In this document: positions 61,156 through 64,000 of the stretch, piece after piece
Layout of the letters: the number at the start of each line of letters is the position of its first letter
Numbering within the stretch: the first letter of the stretch is position 1
From: Candidatus Asgardarchaeum abyssi
Lineage (GTDB): Archaea; Asgardarchaeota; Asgardarchaeia; Asgardarchaeales; Asgardarchaeaceae
DNA: 64,000 nt
Assembly: GCA_040225955.1 (NCBI GenBank)
Contig: JBECUL010000004.1
Span: 8,297 to 72,296 of the forward strand
Direction: 5' to 3'
The notes under the pieces: generated by a model
The model's input: the letters and a program-made list of their open reading frames with translations, nothing else
Told to the model about the DNA's origin: nothing
Database searches by the model: none
Translations under genes and position numbers: made by a program

Positions 61156-63117
61156 CTAAATAGCGATAATAGTATCTATTACCATCTTAAACGATACTTC
61201 AGTATTTGATTTGCCTATCACTGAAAATTCCAAATACGAGATATCACTATAGCCTTCTTTCATCGGTAAAACGAGCCATACCGAGTTATTATAAAGGTTG
61301 ATATTTGAGAACAACGGCTGTTTGACAGAACCTATAACGTGCCAGTCATTATCATAAGCCCTAATCCTCAAGGTAACATTTGCAAGAGTTAAAGAAACAT
61401 GGAAAAATAAATAAGTCGCCGTGAAGTTGATAATGTTCTTCGTAAATTTCATATAAATTGATCTTTGAGAGCCAGACATGACATAAGAGTATTCTAAAAG
61501 AATAGATCTATTTCGTAGCATTAGACTGCAGTATTCCCCCATGCTTAACGGAGCAATAATATCCATGTAATTAACTGATAGTTTATAACCATACGTTTCT
61601 AAAAGCTCAATAGCTCTTACTAAACTCACATTCCTTATAACATAAATACCTAAATCACTTATCTTCTCAGAAAGCTCATACTCTATCGGCGTCATTGTAT
61701 ATAGACGATCTGCCAATACTATGGTTTTATTAATATAATTAGTAATATGAGAAAATTTATCAGGAAGACCATAAAGCAGTGAAAATAAATGACCAAAGTA
61801 TGCTGAACCTCCAAGATAGCCTCTAACCCACCCATCAACATGCGGTGATGACCTATTCTTTAAAGGTTTAGCTCTAGGATTAAAGGTAAGAATAATCACA
61901 CTTCCGTTTTCAAATCCATATCGCGAGTATAACCATTTTATCTGGCTCATAGTAATTTCGTCTGGGTAATACACATATTCTGGAATATAGGCCTGGTATA
62001 AAATCGAAGAGAAAAGCGCTAACCACAATAGAAAGGGTATCATTTTATGAAAAGGTAAAGCGTCTTTGAAGCTATAAACTCTCAATAAATAAACCTTAAC
62101 AATAATCGTAATACCGTAAAAACCATATCCTATGAGGATACTAACAGGATAAAGTATGTATAATCTATATGGATAATCAAATCTCACGAAGAGTAGAATA
62201 AAGGATAGAGTCAAACACCATGATAATATCAAACGTACAAAAAGCGACCTCCTAAAACAAGGATTAGATATTATTATAATAACTCCTATAATTGCTAGTA
62301 GGTATCCTATAACGGATTCTCTACTTAAAAGCCAAAAATCGTCAAGCCCCCAAAAACCAAAGTTAAAAATATCCAAAAGTGAAATACCAAGTAATAAATC
62401 AGATAGTATAACTATAATGATATTTGGAATTACAATAAATAAATATAAACGTAGCATCCTTTTAAACATTGTTAAGTTACTATTTTTTGAAAGAAAAACA
62501 TCTAAGGTATTCCATATAATGAGAATGGATAAAGATATTAGAAGAATCGCCCATGTCCAAATATGCGTTGTTATTATTATTACTGATAAAAGGATAAATT
62601 TTAGAACATTGTATATAGAAAAATTATATTTCTCTATCGAAATATGTCGAATATATTCTCTTAAAAATAAAAAAATAAACGACATTACAAGGAAGTTACC
62701 TAGCAAATCATAAGATAACCTAATAAAAAAGAATGATAAAGAAAGAGAAAGACAACTCCAACGAATAATATCTTTATTTCTTACTTCCTTTATGAAAAGA
62801 TAAAATGCTATTAAATAAAAAAAAGAGAAAAGAAACTGAATAATAATAAATATCTGCTCTATTAGTAGAAAGAACATTATTTTTTGTAATAAGAAAATAA
62901 GAAAAAATATTATCGGACGATAAAAGATAGCCTCCAATTGTAAATTAGGGAAATTAAGTAATTCTCGGTTTAATATATACATATAATAATAAGATATATC
63001 AAAACCTTGCGGATGAGCGTAGAATATGAACTTATACGATATAATTATATAAGTTATTGTCAAAAACAGTAGAAGATTTTTACTCGGAAATTTTTTGATA
63101 TTCTTCATAAATTTCAC
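61156..63117 (-). CDS. Large membrane protein, putative GT-C-fold glycosyltransferase
   Basis: GFDISYY, RLSYDLLGN, THIWT, YRLYILYP and YGFEN motifs shared with 10368-12656. Confidence 0.55.
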   Translation of the reverse strand: MKFMKNIKKFPSKNLLLFLTITYIIISYKFIFYAHPQGFDISYYYMYILNRELLNFPNLQLEAIFYRPIIFFLIFLLQKIMFFLLIEQIFIIIQFLFSFFYLIAFYLFIKEVRNKDIIRWSCLSLSLSFFFIRLSYDLLGNFLVMSFIFLFLREYIRHISIEKYNFSIYNVLKFILLSVIIITTHIWTWAILLISLSILIIWNTLDVFLSKNSNLTMFKRMLRLYLFIVIPNIIIVILSDLLLGISLLDIFNFGFWGLDDFWLLSRESVIGYLLAIIGVIIIISNPCFRRSLFVRLILSWCLTLSFILLFVRFDYPYRLYILYPVSILIGYGFYGITIIVKVYLLRVYSFKDALPFHKMIPFLLWLALFSSILYQAYIPEYVYYPDEITMSQIKWLYSRYGFENGSVIILTFNPRAKPLKNRSSPHVDGWVRGYLGGSAYFGHLFSLLYGLPDKFSHITNYINKTIVLADRLYTMTPIEYELSEKISDLGIYVIRNVSLVRAIELLETYGYKLSVNYMDIIAPLSMGEYCSLMLRNRSILLEYSYVMSGSQRSIYMKFTKNIINFTATYLFFHVSLTLANVTLRIRAYDNDWHVIGSVKQPLFSNINLYNNSVWLVLPMKEGYSDISYLEFSVIGKSNTEVSFKMVIDTIIAI

Positions 63118-63249
63118 CTAATACTTCATTTTATATAGCTTATTTTGAAGTAATTTATTGAAACAACTCAATTATTTTATTTAATTTATTTTTTATTCTA
63201 TGAAAAACTTCGCCGCTCAACAATTTATCGTGTTCGCCCCTTTTATTTT

Positions 63250-64000
63250 TTATCCCGTCACCTCCAATATTTCCCATCTTCCTGCCTCAGCCACCTTTTC
63301 AAGTTGTCTCAATTTGCTCTCATAAAGCCGATAACTATCGCTATTCATCTCAAAGTTAGTTCCGCTTATCATCATACCCCATAGCACTATAAGCACCTTA
63401 TGCGCAAGCGCAGTCATGACTTTGTACTTGCCGCTTCTACGCCTGATCCGTATGTATAACGCATATAAACTCTTAGGCTCCCTATGAAGCACTATTATAT
63501 TCGCTACCTCATGAAGAACGTACCTTAAATAGGGTGAACTGCTCTTCGTAATACCATATCCCTTTTGAATACCTGCTGGTTCCCGAGTAGCAGGTACTAA
63601 CCCGCCCATTTCGAAATCTTCTTCTTATCCTTGAATCGAGTAAAGTCGCCTAACCTCGGCAGCTATCACTGTTGCAGTCATTAAACTTATACCAGGCAGC
63701 GTCATCATTTGACGAATCATCGCCTTATGTTTTCATGCTTCTCCATGTACGCAGCTATCATCAATTCCAGCCTCTTAATTCGCTCATCCAACTCTTCAAT
63801 TAACCCCATAAGAATACTTATTGCCTTCTTATTTAGTAGTTCTAAAAATGCGTTTTCAATAATCTCTCTAACCGTGTCATCAATACTGTTTACATCGCCT
63901 GTTGAAACTATTACTTCCAGAACCTCCCGTCCACGTTTCCCGAATATATCTGAGTACGCCTTACCTAGTGCAGTTCGGCTCTAGTAAGCAATGCATGAAC
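63250..64000 (-). mobile_element. IS110-family transposase pseudogene (multiple frameshifts, runs off window end)
   Basis: Fragments in different frames: SDIFGKRGRE, MTLPGISLMTATVIAAEV, GDFTRFKDKKKISKWAG and LVP...ITKSSSPYLRYVLHEVA...ALAHK. Confidence 0.88.

Noticed and set aside
2285-63984. Numerous short antisense or alternate-frame ORFs in the track (e.g. 15363-15968, 19345-19770, 22495-22833, 34440-34832, 40569-40970, 52653-53081, 63709-63984)
   Set aside because: They overlap well-supported genes on the opposite strand or frame and show no family motifs, so they are treated as shadow ORFs.
1-64000. CRISPR array or rRNA genes
   Set aside because: No regularly spaced 25-40 bp repeats and no long GC-rich structural RNA region seen by eye.

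Overview
A low-GC archaeal chromosome segment. Evidence for this is nurA-herA-mre11, a group II chaperonin, an archaeal tRNA-Gln, Trm14 and GGTGA-type Shine-Dalgarno sites. A stand-alone roadblock protein and a eukaryote-like PPP phosphatase are compatible with an Asgard or TACK lineage, but taxonomy cannot be fixed from this window. About half of the window is surface-glycan machinery in four blocks. (1) 3.3-18.7 kb: UDP-GlcNAc 2-epimerase, SDR, four GT4s, a flippase, two GT-C-like membrane proteins, a CapK-like adenylating enzyme and a polyprenol kinase. (2) 23.9-31.6 kb: two deacetylase plus ATP-grasp pairs, GTs and a membrane-anchored TMK-like kinase. (3) 45.8-55.1 kb: a nonulosonic (sialic-like) acid pathway with a flippase. 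(4) 55.3-63.1 kb: a sulfate-activation operon and a third GT-C-like gene. Between the blocks lie pstSCAB-phoU, alkA-nth, a knotted transcarbamylase, two radical SAM genes and several gene remnants. A decayed IS110 ends the window. The best candidate for an undescribed system is the operon TauE-RHH-sat-AlkP-cysC-RHH-TauE. It can make PAPS but has no reductase or canonical sulfotransferase. Both small RHH proteins end in an acidic RLxxLGYL tail of the kind usually fused to AlkP/sulfatase-family enzymes, and the AlkP enzyme here lacks that tail. This suggests a split, possibly tyrosine-carrier-based, glycan sulfation system. All calls come from motif reading only; no database searches were run.
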